DNA of 63,792 nt, counting the filler, from Reticulomyxa filosa (Eukaryota > Protista > Foraminifera), in the NCBI GenBank assembly GCA_000512085.1. It is 13 parts of 13 records of this genome, joined end to end, with 100 filler letters (N's around TTAATTAATTAA, not from the genome) between each part and the next. Parts side by side here need not be neighbours in the genome. Positions count along the whole stretch, not along the records: positions 21,966 to 29,342 come from ASPP01010814.1; positions 29,443 to 31,217 come from ASPP01011677.1; positions 31,318 to 35,025 come from ASPP01028399.1; positions 35,126 to 60,642 come from ASPP01047817.1; 9 more parts are not named here. One strand, 5' to 3'. Positions 26,212 through 38,100 of the stretch are shown piece after piece (the stretch's first letter is position 1; every line of letters starts with the position of its first letter). Under the pieces are notes generated by a model. That model was not told the origin of the DNA. It did not search any database and saw only the letters and a list, made by a program, of their open reading frames with translations. Made by a program: the position numbers and the translations under genes.

Positions 26212-27410
26212 TGATCGAACGTTTTGTATCTTCTTTATGGTTTACTGAAACACGTTGTTTCGAGTGGTTTTTTCTTATTATTATCTTATTTTGTTTGGTT
26301 TTTTTGAGAATAATGTTAGATTTTTTTGGCCAAAATGGTATTGTTGTTGCATTTGCATAAAATCAGCAATCTATCGGAAGTTCATCTGATTTTTGTCACT
26401 GTTAGCTAGTTCTAATTTGTTTTTCAATACATATTATTCCTCCACCAAATGTAATTCCTGTTCAGACGTTCCTTTTCGAATGGGGTCAATATATGAATAA
26501 TAATTGAAGTGTAATACGAAAGGAGCTTATTAAATAAAAATTACTCACAAAAGACGATGAAACAATAAAACCAAAAAAGTAAAATCATTGTTTGTTAAAG
26601 TTTTAAAAAATTCATTTTAATTGCATTTATCACACATACGTTGAATTAATTCAACTATATAATCCAACGAACAGCAGTAACTGAAAGAAATTTGAAGAAA
26701 ATCTTCACAGATTTAAACTATTTTCGTCTTCAACAACGTTTGTGGTAAAAGTGAAACAAAGACAAATCTAAAGAATAATTTATTTTTGCAAAGCACAGAA
26801 ATTATTTTTTTTAATTAGTAAAATTTTTAATAATATTACAAAAAAATTTTTTATTAGTTATTTCAATTTTCATTGATTTAAATTTACTTGTTCTTATTGA
26901 AAATTATCTAATACAGTGATACCAACATTACACTTTATTATCGTTAAGTGACAGTCAGCAAAGCTCACATTCTTTTTAACTAGAACAAGATATCAATTTT
27001 CAGATGTAGTCCATACTGGCTCTGCAGTTCCATCAGAGCTTTAGTAAAACAATTCGAACATACTTTTAGTGTTATATAATGCAAAGTTTTTTAGCTAATT
27101 TGAAAAATAAGATTAATTTTTAAAAAGTATTAATTAAAAAATACATAATCTAACTGTCATCTTCTTGACAGTCTTGGCAAAATTTTTTAAATATTGCCAA
27201 ATATGACCTGGAGATAGATCAAAAGTAATGCATTTCTTTTGTCAATGTTGTGATTTGTACTGTTATCTTTTTTACTTTATACCGTCAAGATAAATCCAAT
27301 CCAAATGTGTGTAGAGAGTTGGCTTAAAAAGCGATTTAAGCTGACTAAAGAGATAGTTTAGATCTCACACAACCTGTTTAAAAAAATTTCATGTGGTATG
27401 CAAATTTGAA

Positions 27411-29297
27411 ATGTCTCTGAGCACTGCAATAATCGACTCGACGGCCTATCTTGACGTAAATTTTGCAATGAAATCGCAAAATTTTATTCCTTTAAATGGA
27501 CCTCTCGCTCCTTTGTCTCGAAGTCGAAGCGAAGACAGTCATAGCAACGATAACATAAATCCTAGCAAGCAATTGCATCCTATTCATCTAAAAAAACCGA
27601 ACTATCCTGCGCCATTGCCACCTTCCGCAGATCTATATACCAACCATAGACGAAAAGAAGCATATGTTCTGTCGACTCCGACCCGCAATAATGACGGTTA
27701 AGCAAAAGTGATATAGTGATTCATTTGTATGTAGGGAAGGGAGAAAAAAAGGGGGAAGGATTTATGAGTCTGTACGTATTTTTGACGGCGTGATTTTCGA
27801 AAATGGGACAGATGAATTTGACAAATGGGCGTTGGAGACAAAAGGACAAACACAAACGAGCAAAAATGGCACCGAAAAGATAGTCCCAGTAACAAAATCA
27901 ATGCATCAAGTAAGGAAAGATCAATCAGAAAAGACGGAAATGCAGAAAATTGCAAACAACAAAGGCAAACATTACAATGGCTATGACTACTCTCACACGC
28001 CAAACATGACAGGAAAGAGTGTACCCCATGGCAATGACCGTGTTTCCCATGACATGAGAAGCCAAAGCTTGAGTGAACGAGTGAAAAACATGTTTGGACT
28101 AAAAGTATAAAATAGATCAATATTCACATTTTTTTTTTTTGTCAATGACCATCTGTCGAATGTTCCTTAACCCAACTTTGTGAAATGCAATCTTTGTGTG
28201 TGTTGTATACATACGTATCTTTAATATCAACATATATGTATATGTATACATACGTTTGATGCATGTGTAAATTGTGTAGAATTCCCCACGGAATACACAT
28301 TTATCGGTAAATGACATTGCTATTGGTAGCCCCTCGGAATGGACTAAAAAAAATTTGACGGTATTAAAAACACCGCCGAATACATCTCTCGAGTATCGGC
28401 TTGCCAATACGAAAAGTATGAGCAGTAGCAACATTGTTGCAAATCGATCTTGGACGCAATCTCTGAACACATTGTCTATTGAAAGTTGAGGGTGCAAAAA
28501 AAAAAAAAAATACAACTTTTTTTCTCCTTTCCAAAAAGGATGGAAGAACATTTATTTAAAGGGAGGAGGGAACCCGACAAAAAAAAAAAAAAAAAAAAAG
28601 AATACATCTGTGATGCCGGAACTGATATTATCAACGAACGACGATGATAAAAGTAAGGAAACGAAAGGAGCAAGCGCGGCGACAAGCAAGAAAACATGCT
28701 CATTTGAAACGGTGGCAACGAATAGCATATCCAATGTTTCTTCCTTGTCAGCATCGCTTGGCCGAGTGGGATGTGTGCCAGTGATATTAAAAACCATGAG
28801 TGTGACTCGTCGAGTGACCAAGAAGAGCCAATGGATCGCCCTTTACCTTGTTACAGTCCGAATGTGCCAGTGTGGTCCCCAAAACAAACCACCTCCGCCA
28901 TTTCTGGTAATACGTACGCAAAACCGAAACGAAGCTTAACGTTATCACAAAAACAATTTAGTCGCGATATTTCCAGTAACGATTTACAGATGCAACAACC
29001 TTTAAGCCGCTCTCTGTCCATGGGCGAGTTGATGCCGGAACAGGAAAAGGGCGACACTTGTGAAAATGATTATCCAAAACATGACGCTCATAAGAACTCG
29101 GTTACGGATCTGTGGCCATCTGCAAGCAACAGAACAAAGCAAAACGATCCATTGCAAATTAGAACTACCAGTCGTGCATTACAACACATTGTACCATCTT
29201 TGGAAGACGTTTTGAAAGACAATTTGCTGTGTCATCATTTTGAATTATTTTTGAAAACTGTTTTTTGTGATGAAAATTTATTGTTCATTAAAGGTAC

Positions 29298-29334
<37 letters not shown>

Positions 29335-29342
29335 TTAAAAAA
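27411..29342 (+). CDS. RGS (regulator of G-protein signalling) domain protein with long disordered N-terminus, multi-exon, 3'-partial
   Basis: PSLEDVLKDNLLCHHFELFLKTVFCDENLLFIK (~29193-29292) matches RGS helices 1-4 (SLxxLL...F..FL.....ENL.F). Confidence 0.8.
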
Positions 29343-29447
29343 NNNNNNNNNNNNNNNNNNNNNNNNNNNNNNNNNNNNNNNNNNNNTTAATTAATTAANN
29401 NNNNNNNNNNNNNNNNNNNNNNNNNNNNNNNNNNNNNNNNNNTTTGG

Positions 29448-29753
29448 TCATTTTTTTTTTTTTTGCATACCATTGGCATCATTGTTGGCCTTGTCGTTTT
29501 GCTTGCTTTGCTGCTTTTGATATTCCTCCTGCGTTGGCACTAGGTAAATCGATTGCACGCCGGATAAGTCAATCTCGCCAATTGGGGTCTTCTTTTTTGC
29601 TAGGTCTTCTTCCTTTTCGTAGTAAGCAAGCTTTCGTCCTTCGTATAGTACGAAATATCTTTTCTTCCACGATTTGTTCACCTTCCCTTTTTTAAACAGT
29701 ACCCCCTGGTGACGGGGCTTGCTTTCGTCCAGTAGGGATGTCTCTTGAGCCAT
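29448..29753 (-). CDS. PH domain-containing protein, 3'-partial
   Basis: HQGVLFKKGKVNKSWKKRYFVLYEGRKLAYYEKE...PIGEIDLS is a canonical PH domain start with the basic KxxKxR phosphoinositide-binding signature. Confidence 0.92.
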   Translation of the reverse strand: MAQETSLLDESKPRHQGVLFKKGKVNKSWKKRYFVLYEGRKLAYYEKEEDLAKKKTPIGEIDLSGVQSIYLVPTQEEYQKQQSKQNDKANNDANGMQKKKK

Positions 29754-30681
29754 TTTACAATGCTGCTTTTGTTCGAATCAATATCTAAAAACTAAAGATT
29801 CGCAAAATTCCAAAAAGGGGATGAATTGGGGCAAGAGTTTGTTGATCAATGCCTAATCCAGGTACCCCTTCAGCACGTAAAAGCAAGCAAAAAAAAAAAT
29901 GCAAATTAACATTGATAACAATGTTGGAATTAATAAGAGCTCTTGTTTTCGGTTCTTCGTCTGATTAATGATGTAATTGAATTAACTAAAATGCGATCAA
30001 TGAAACTTTGTGAATGAGCAAAAATTATGTGTTTGAGCTTAATGTTGCCACTTGAAGGGCAAGGGGCGTCTTCGAGGGTCATGCCTTGTGTCAAACTTTG
30101 CTTTTTTTAAAGACAGAGAACTGCCAAAAGAGTTGCAGAATAACAGACACAATGGATGTTAACAAATAAATAAAAAAGTCGTTGGCTGAGATCAATTGTT
30201 TTCACGCTCTTTGAACCAAGCCGCGACTTTTGCTTGTGCTGTTCTTTCGTTTTAGAAAATTCCACGGAGTAATACACCCCTCAAGTTCTTGTATGCTTAG
30301 TGCTTTTTTAAGAAAACCACAAGGCAACCAAATACAGATATTTTTTTTACTACACTTTTTTAATTTTCGAAGCCATCAACCTGTGAAATATTTTTGAAAA
30401 GAAATACAACTTCGTTTCAGTCACTTTAAGAAATGTTTAATAAATTTTTTGTAGAAGAAATAACAGAATAAATGCTAAAGTAAAATTAGCTGTGTGGTTA
30501 CAACTTAGTTCGATAAAAAAATCAATGAAATTTACACAAAAGACTGATTTACACTTTGCGTCGCAACTTGCTTTTTTTTTTTAAGAAAAAGGAAAAAAGC
30601 AAAGAGCAAGAAAAATCCCAATTTTATGCTCAGATAGAGGGCTCTTATTTTGTGGAGTTTTGATCATTTACAAAGAGTGAA

Positions 30682-31217
30682 ATGGAGAAATGCTCAATTT
30701 TCTTCGCTTTGAATGATGAATACAGTGACGAAAGTTTCATCAGTAGCGACGGGAGCCTGGCTACGTACAACGACAATGCTTGTTGCCCTGGAAGCACAGG
30801 GGTGAAAGACGCTTTGGATTTCTATATCGGCGCTTCTTCGATCTCGGGCAATGTAATTGAGGGAATTGAAAATCAAAAGTTGGATTTTGTTTTTTTTTTT
30901 TTTTTTTTTTACGCACAAAGAAAGGGAGGGGGTTAAAAGGGGGGAGGGGGGGGGGGCAGAAGAGGGGAGGGAAGAAAAAAAAAGAACAACATTATCAATG
31001 GCCTATTCCACATAATAGGTTATATACGTACACACCGAGAATTTGTTTTTGGTATCAATTATGTTAATTTGGTAAAAAAAAAAAAAAAAAGAGATCGCAG
31101 TGCTGTCTACAAAAGTGCAAGGCGCGAAAGAAACAAAAGCAATCGTGTGGAAATGCCTTCAAGCGAAGGTAGTTGTACATTGGAAAGTATGACGAACCAA
31201 AATCGCAAAAGCACAGT
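30682..31217 (+). CDS. Hypothetical protein, spliced fragment
   Basis: ATG-initiated ORF 30682-~30880, an intron-like T/G/A-run segment, and an exon after an A-run AG at ~31092. No family recognised. Confidence 0.35.
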
Positions 31218-31519
31218 NNNNNNNNNNNNNNNNNNNNNNNNNNNNNNNNNNNNNNNNNNNNTTAATTAATTAANNNNNNNNNNNNNNNNNNNNNNNNNNN
31301 NNNNNNNNNNNNNNNNNTCTTTTATAACTTGTTTTTTTGTTAAAGTTAGTTGAATAAAAAATAGATTTGTAATAAACTATCCAAAATATCAAAATAAAGT
31401 TTAAATAAGAGCCTAAAAAAAGAAAAAAAAAAAAAACAAAGACACGTGATTTTTAGTATCCCATGCGAGTATTATTTCTGACAATTCATACCCACCCGAT
31501 ACACACACACACGTACACA

Positions 31520-32570
31520 CGTTATTGATTATCTTGAAGAAGAGGATCCAGAGGGAATGTTTTCGGTGCTGTTGATTTGCCGTTGTATGTTTGCTTTGTT
31601 TTTCACATCATTCGATTGTTGTAATTTTCTTCCATTCTATTTGTGAGTCCTCTTTTCCTTCGTCCTTGTCATTGATACTTGGGGCTTTGTTCTTCTCTCA
31701 ACTTCCACTATCATACATATACTGATCCCGCATCACATCGTCGTCCCAGTCTTCATCTTTCCCACTCCAACCCAATCGTGTGTTCTTCACATTTATATTC
31801 CGCTCCTAATTGTTGTGGGTTCCCTTTTTCAGACACTCTAATCTTGTTACGTACTAACTACAATATTTCATTATATACACGTACATATATGTGTACATAT
31901 ATATACATATACATATGTATACGTATATATGCTCAGTTTAAAGTATTGAGGAAAACAACAACAACTTGAAGAATGGAGAAAATGTCAGATCCAAAAGACG
32001 AATGTCGACATGACAAGGCAATCGATTAGACCATTTGCAATTGTGAAATGGTTTGGATTATCGATAATTTGAGTGATTTTATTTTTTTTGGTTGAGGGGA
32101 GGTCGCTCATGCACTGTACCAAATTGTCATTACATTATTTCAACTGCTCTTCTTCTTTGGCTTTGACATACTGTTCCATCGACAACAGCAACTCCTTTTT
32201 ATCACAACCACTTGGCACAGTGTCTTTTGATTTTGTTAGTCTTTATACACGCTCGATGCTGGAGTATTGCGCAACACTCGAAATAAATCTGTTCGGCTCA
32301 TTACTCCAATTTTGGCTTCTACGCAAATGTCCCTTTTTTTTTTGGAGGGGGGGGAGAGAGACAAAGAGAAAAAAAGTGAACTGTAAAACTCTAAAAGATT
32401 TAAATGCAATCAACTCACCTGATGTCCTTTTCTCTGTATTCCAGCAAATACGCTAGAGAGAGCCCCAAGTCTGTCAGTTTTGTTGACACATCTTCGAAAT
32501 TTTTCACATTGTTCTTTTTCAAAAAATCTTTTAGACTTTCTTCGCCTTTGTTCTCATTCGTTGACAACAT
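31520..32570 (-). pseudogene. Decayed gene with N-terminal SAM-like helical domain
   Basis: MLSTNENKGEESLKDFLKKNNVKNFEDVSTKLTDLGLSLAYLLEYREKDIR|DICVEAKIGVMSRTDLFRVL spans an intact GT-AG intron. An in-frame TAA follows at 32238-32236, with further stops and shifts downstream. Confidence 0.5.
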
Positions 32571-32699
32571 GATCAATTGCCCCTTTTTTTTTTTTTTTTG
32601 AACAGTGCGAACATTATCTTCTGCTGTGCAGTTTTATGAACATTTTTCTGGTTTTGACAAGTTGCACAGGACAAAGTGTTTTTAGTTATATGCAAACTT

Positions 32700-35010
32700 G
32701 CTACAATCGTATTATGAAATACAAGTTAAAAATGGGACAAACCCTCTTTTCAAAACACCTCAATGTCTGCGTATTGCAATGTCGCGGTTGGACCTCCTCC
32801 ATATGCTTTGTATCCATATCCGATTACCCTTGCGTCTTTACCATTGACACAACAATCTATCTTGCCCCCTCCTCCGTTTGTCCATATTTCGGTACCCCCA
32901 ACACATTCATATCACTTGTGATTACGATCAACATTTGATCTTTAGACTCGTTTTGTTGAGTCTCAACAGTTGCTATTAAACTTGTTATTGTGATAGCCAT
33001 TTTTTCCGTAATTCCAATGTTCATTTACCTTCATTGCTTTTCGTGAAGCCAAACAAAGTATGCTGATGAAAGGGTATACTGACAATATTCACCGCATGCA
33101 CTTCAACACAATGACTTTGGTGCCATTCTACTTGCCGAAAAAAATAATTTTCGCGCTCCTTTTGCATAAGCCTTTATCATTATGCAAAAGTCTCGTGCCA
33201 CTAACATGGACAAACATTGTATGCGTTGTCCGGACAATAAGTGTTCGAAATGCTGTTTGGAGTCTCCATTTACTTGCAATCAATTCCTATTTCGCAGTCT
33301 TATGTGTGGCTCTTTTGGAGCACTTACTGTCTTTTTTTTTCTTGGTACCAACTCTAAAACAACAGAAGAGAGAAAAATCAGTCGATTGCAGTTTTTTCAA
33401 ACCAAATCGAATCCATCTGCATATTTTCTACTTTCTTTTAGATTTAAAATTAAAATTCAGAAATTTTTACGATAAATATAATTTGATGAAGGATATCAGG
33501 TGAGCTGGAGGAAGGATATTCAAATTATAATTAAAAAAAAATCAATTCACAAAAAAAAAAACAAAATTTTTCAATCAAAAAATTTGGAGGCAAGTGTCAA
33601 ATACTTGCAATCAAATATGCCACAAATTTAGCGTTGTTTCACTTTGAATTACCCTTGCTTTCTGACACCGCAACCACCACAGCCACTTTCCAATTGCTCG
33701 ATAGACAGTTATTGTATTCTTTGGAGACCTATGTTATATACGTGTGTACTGATCATATATGTTTCAATCACATTATAAGGAAAATATTATAACTTGAAAT
33801 ATAGGTTGCGCATATAAAATAATCACGATAATGACCAGATCACCACTTCCAATAATCTGTCATGAGCCACATTACACGATATGGACCTTCAATTTTTTTT
33901 TTCCTCCAAATTATGCGTCATTCAAAACGCAAACCATGACCCATATTTGATGCACGCCGTCATTAACAGATACTTGTTCAATGATGAGCAAATAAATTTA
34001 TTGAAGAAATGACAGGCGTGTGTTGTAGTGTGGCTTCCATGATTCGACATATTGAGTTTTTGATAAGCAACAATTCGATTATGAGATTGTCACTTTTACT
34101 TTCGTAGCTATCGATACTGCTGCCGTTGCTGTCACTGTTGTCATTATTGCTGGGGAACTTGCTGCAGCACCAATGACAATGTAAACAGCAAAAATGCGTT
34201 TATCTGCATCCAACACTTCATGTTACACTTTTGAATATCTATTCAAAAATTTCAAGCAACACATACCACATACATACAAATAAATAATCAATATACGTAT
34301 AAAGATGTCGTGTTGCTGTTAGTTATTGAATATGTACATATCAAAAAAAAAAAAAAATGGACATATAAAAAAACATTTTCAAGCAATGGACCCAAGCACG
34401 GACTATAGCATCAGGTAACAGGAAGGAGGACATGCGCACAAACGATCAATAAAATAACAGTAACTCCTTGAGTTCTTGTGAATGCGCGGCTTCGATTTCA
34501 ATGACACTGTTCCCATCAAGTACTCCGTTATTTTGGACGATCAGATGGACTTGGTGGGAAAATTGGTATCATTGAAAGGCTCTCGTTTCTTAGAGCCCAC
34601 CATTTTTTTTTTTTTTTTGGAATTTGCAGTGGCAGCCTTGTTAATATCAGACCATTCCACTTTTCGAACACGAGTGATGTGATTTTTGGTAACCGAACAA
34701 TTGGTAACCACAGCGACGACCGCTTTAGGAGGGGAGAGGAGGATGAGGGGCTCGGCTGCTGACATAAAATATTGTATACGTATTCACTCAGCAAGGGCCC
34801 CCAGCGCCATCAAATCAAATTATGGAATACAGCAACGGCACCCAAATATTGGCGCACACACACATACACAGACAGCACTAATCCAATGTGTTGAAACAAT
34901 TGACAAATGAGTAAGAAATAGAACACACGGACTGCGCGTTGTCATTGTCGTCATCATAAAGCATCATTGGCACAGTGCTTGACATTGTCACACCAGTCAA
35001 GAGGCTTCCA
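32700..35010 (-). pseudogene. Probable decayed multi-pass membrane protein (7TM receptor-like) gene
   Basis: Hydrophobic fragments in changing frames (LLTGVTMSSTVPMML...VCSISYSFV; QLFQHIGLVLSVYVCVRQYL; GPYRVMWLMTDYWKW*; YRAIGKWLWWLRC) with many stops and residual splice sites. Confidence 0.3.
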
Positions 35011-35125
35011 TTTGGGGGGGGGGGGNNNNNNNNNNNNNNNNNNNNNNNNNNNNNNNNNNNNNNNNNNNNTTAATTAATTAANNNNNNNNNNNNNNNNNNN
35101 NNNNNNNNNNNNNNNNNNNNNNNNN

Positions 35126-38100
35126 GAGAGAGAGAGAGAGCCCAAAATCAAAAAGTGAAATATAGTTGAGAGTGCTCTCATACAAAACTCGATGCAATCA
35201 CTCTTGTCAGTAGCCATATGATGAGTCAGCAAAATCAAGTTGACGAATAATCCCGCGACGCGAATGGATATTTCATTAAAATCCCTGCACTTGTTTTCTA
35301 CGGCGCCTTCCATGATGACATAGCCCTGAGGTGCGAGCAAGTCAGGTCGATATTCGGTCTTTCCCTCAGTGGCGCCATAGTCATCCGCGACAATGCGTCC
35401 ATCGGCCTGTACTTTGCCTAATCGCCGATTACCCGTGGCTGCTACGTGGCCGCCGGCGCCTTTCTTGTTTCCAATATCATGTCCACAAGTGGGACACTTG
35501 GCGCTTTCATTAGTGGCGGTGCAATTGGCCACGAAGTACAAATGGTTGTTGGGACACAACCAGGCACCTAGTCCGGCCATGACCTGCAACAGCGATGCAC
35601 TTTGATCCTCTGGCATTGCTACCAAATACTGGTTTGTGAATGTCTTGGGGTTGTGGAACAAAATACTGAAGGGTGACTGTGGTAAAGACAATACAGTGCC
35701 AAGGAAATGCCAAGCCAAGCGATAAAGCTGAATATTCTCTGTGAGAGCTGGTGTTTTTATTGCATGTTTAAACACTCCGCATTCGCAGTCGCCAATAGCC
35801 AATCTTTTACAAAAAACCAAAAATGTTTCGAGCGATTGAAAAAAAGGAGGCACATAAAACAAAAGAAAGACAAATCAACTGTGAGAGCAAGTATTTAACA
35901 CGGTCGTGACATCGCTCTGGATTTTCTAATTTGTCAGGGAGATATTTGATTATCGGCCCAAAGAAGTTTTTGGTCATGTCATAACGATCGAAAGGAGGAC
36001 TGTTTATGTATAACTCATTGAACACACCTATGTGATAATGATTGTAAATACATACACACGTGTCGACAATTGCATCCTTGGCAATGTTTTGTTGAGAGTG
36101 GTTTTGAAAAGAACAAAGGAACAGTTGACAAAAAACCTGCAATGAAATGGATAATATAGCGTCGTTCAAACCATGGCCAATTGAAATTCTTGGACTGAAG
36201 TGCTGCTGCAAATACTTGTTGCATATCGTTGTATTTTTCATCGAGTTTTTGATCTTGACAGTGCTCTAACAAGCGGAAGGCGTTGTCAGAAGGCGCATTG
36301 GGAATACGTGGAACATTGTCCGCCTTTTCTACTTGCATTGCAAAACCAAAGAGATGTTTGAATCTTTTGCTGTTCAAATGCAGCGCCGCGCGTGATCCTT
36401 TGCGTTTCCACAGCTCAGTCATCAAATAATATCCTAACCCTTGGCGAATTTTGCGTTCTTTATCGGTCATTTGCGCTTTCTGAGAAAGGTCGTACAATTG
36501 TCCAATGCTGGCGCAATCTTGTGGTGACAAGTACACTTTTAAACCCTTTTTCGTCCCTTGTATCCACATTTCTTTAATACCGTCGTCTCGATACGCGTAA
36601 GGAAATTCCATTGTCCAACTCAAGTAGTGTGACAAGTAATATGTCCACATCTTGCACTCCGCGACCAATAGCAACACTTCCAGCAAAACTCCATTTCGTA
36701 TTTTTTCGCTCAGTGATTGTGACAATCGCACAAATCTGCCAACGTCCGGCTTGTCTTGCGTTTCTAAACGTTTGCGCGAAGTGATTTCTTGGAAGTGCAA
36801 ATATTGTTCTTGGGCGCGAATTAAAAGAACAGCAAACTCGCCATTCAAATCACTTCCTTCGACATGGTTCACTAAAAAGTTTCGAACATTCTGATGTTCG
36901 TTCTGTGTGTCCCCCAAGTGGCAGAGAGTTGGATTTTGTTTTGTTCCTAACATACAAATAAAAATGTAACGCAACTCTTCGAATCAATGTAACCAATTGG
37001 GTTGCGATTTCCATTTTTGTAAACATGGTCGGCTTCAAAGTAAAGTCTGTATCTTTGCCAAGCAACCACTCCACAATCTTTTCGGCAAATTCGTCGTCAA
37101 TGATGTATCTCGTATCGGGGGCGACAATCGATGTCCTCAATCCGAATGTGTTGACGTAATTTTGTACAAACCATTGCAGCATTTCCTGTTTACCCTCCGC
37201 TTTGAGGTCCGTTCGACCCAACATACCCTCAATATGGTCCACCAAGTACTTTAGTGATAGGAAATTATCAAAGCGACATTGGGCAAATCTCGTTTTAATG
37301 ATATCGACAAACTTGTTGCTTTGAATTTGGTAATTGGTCGTCGTAAGACACAACATACATAATTTCAATTGATCCCATTGTTGATTCACCATTTGGAATA
37401 CATTTTGATCACGACAGCCTTTTCGCAACCATTGAACGATATTCTCAAATGCCTGTGATATCGAAACGAGTCGATCGAGATTGTGTTTCATTTTGTCGCC
37501 AGAAATATTTTGCCAAGACTTTTCAATTAGCTCTAGTACGACAATCAGTATTTTGCCCACGCATTCGTGTAGGCTTGCTTTCTCGTCCCAGACTGTGAAT
37601 AGTCGATGAAGGCCAAATCAACATCAATCACACACATACACATAATATTGGATATGCACATATACATATATGTATATATTGTATATCTCCAACAAGTGTA
37701 CATTACCTTTGATGACTTTCTCCAAATCCTTGGCAGAGTGATCTTGCAAAACGGATAAGACGTCGACAAAGTGAGACAAGAGCTGTTCGTGTGACCACAA
37801 AATGGCATACATTTCGGTGACTTGAAATTGGATATCTTCGGGCTCTGCTTCAGCTTCGGCATTTTTGACCTCTTCTTCGTCGACGAGCTCTTCCTTTTTC
37901 TCTTCGACAGGCAATTCGATTTGGGATCCTGTCTTTGGAGTGTCGGTTTTGGCAGCCGCGGCGGCGCGTTGTTCGATTTCGTCCATGAGTGCATACTGTC
38001 CCCACAAATTGTCATCATCTTCTTCTTCATTGTCGTTGTCACTGTCTACGTTATCGACAGCCACGTTTACGGGTCGCGTCGTTGCTGTCTTCGGATCGAG

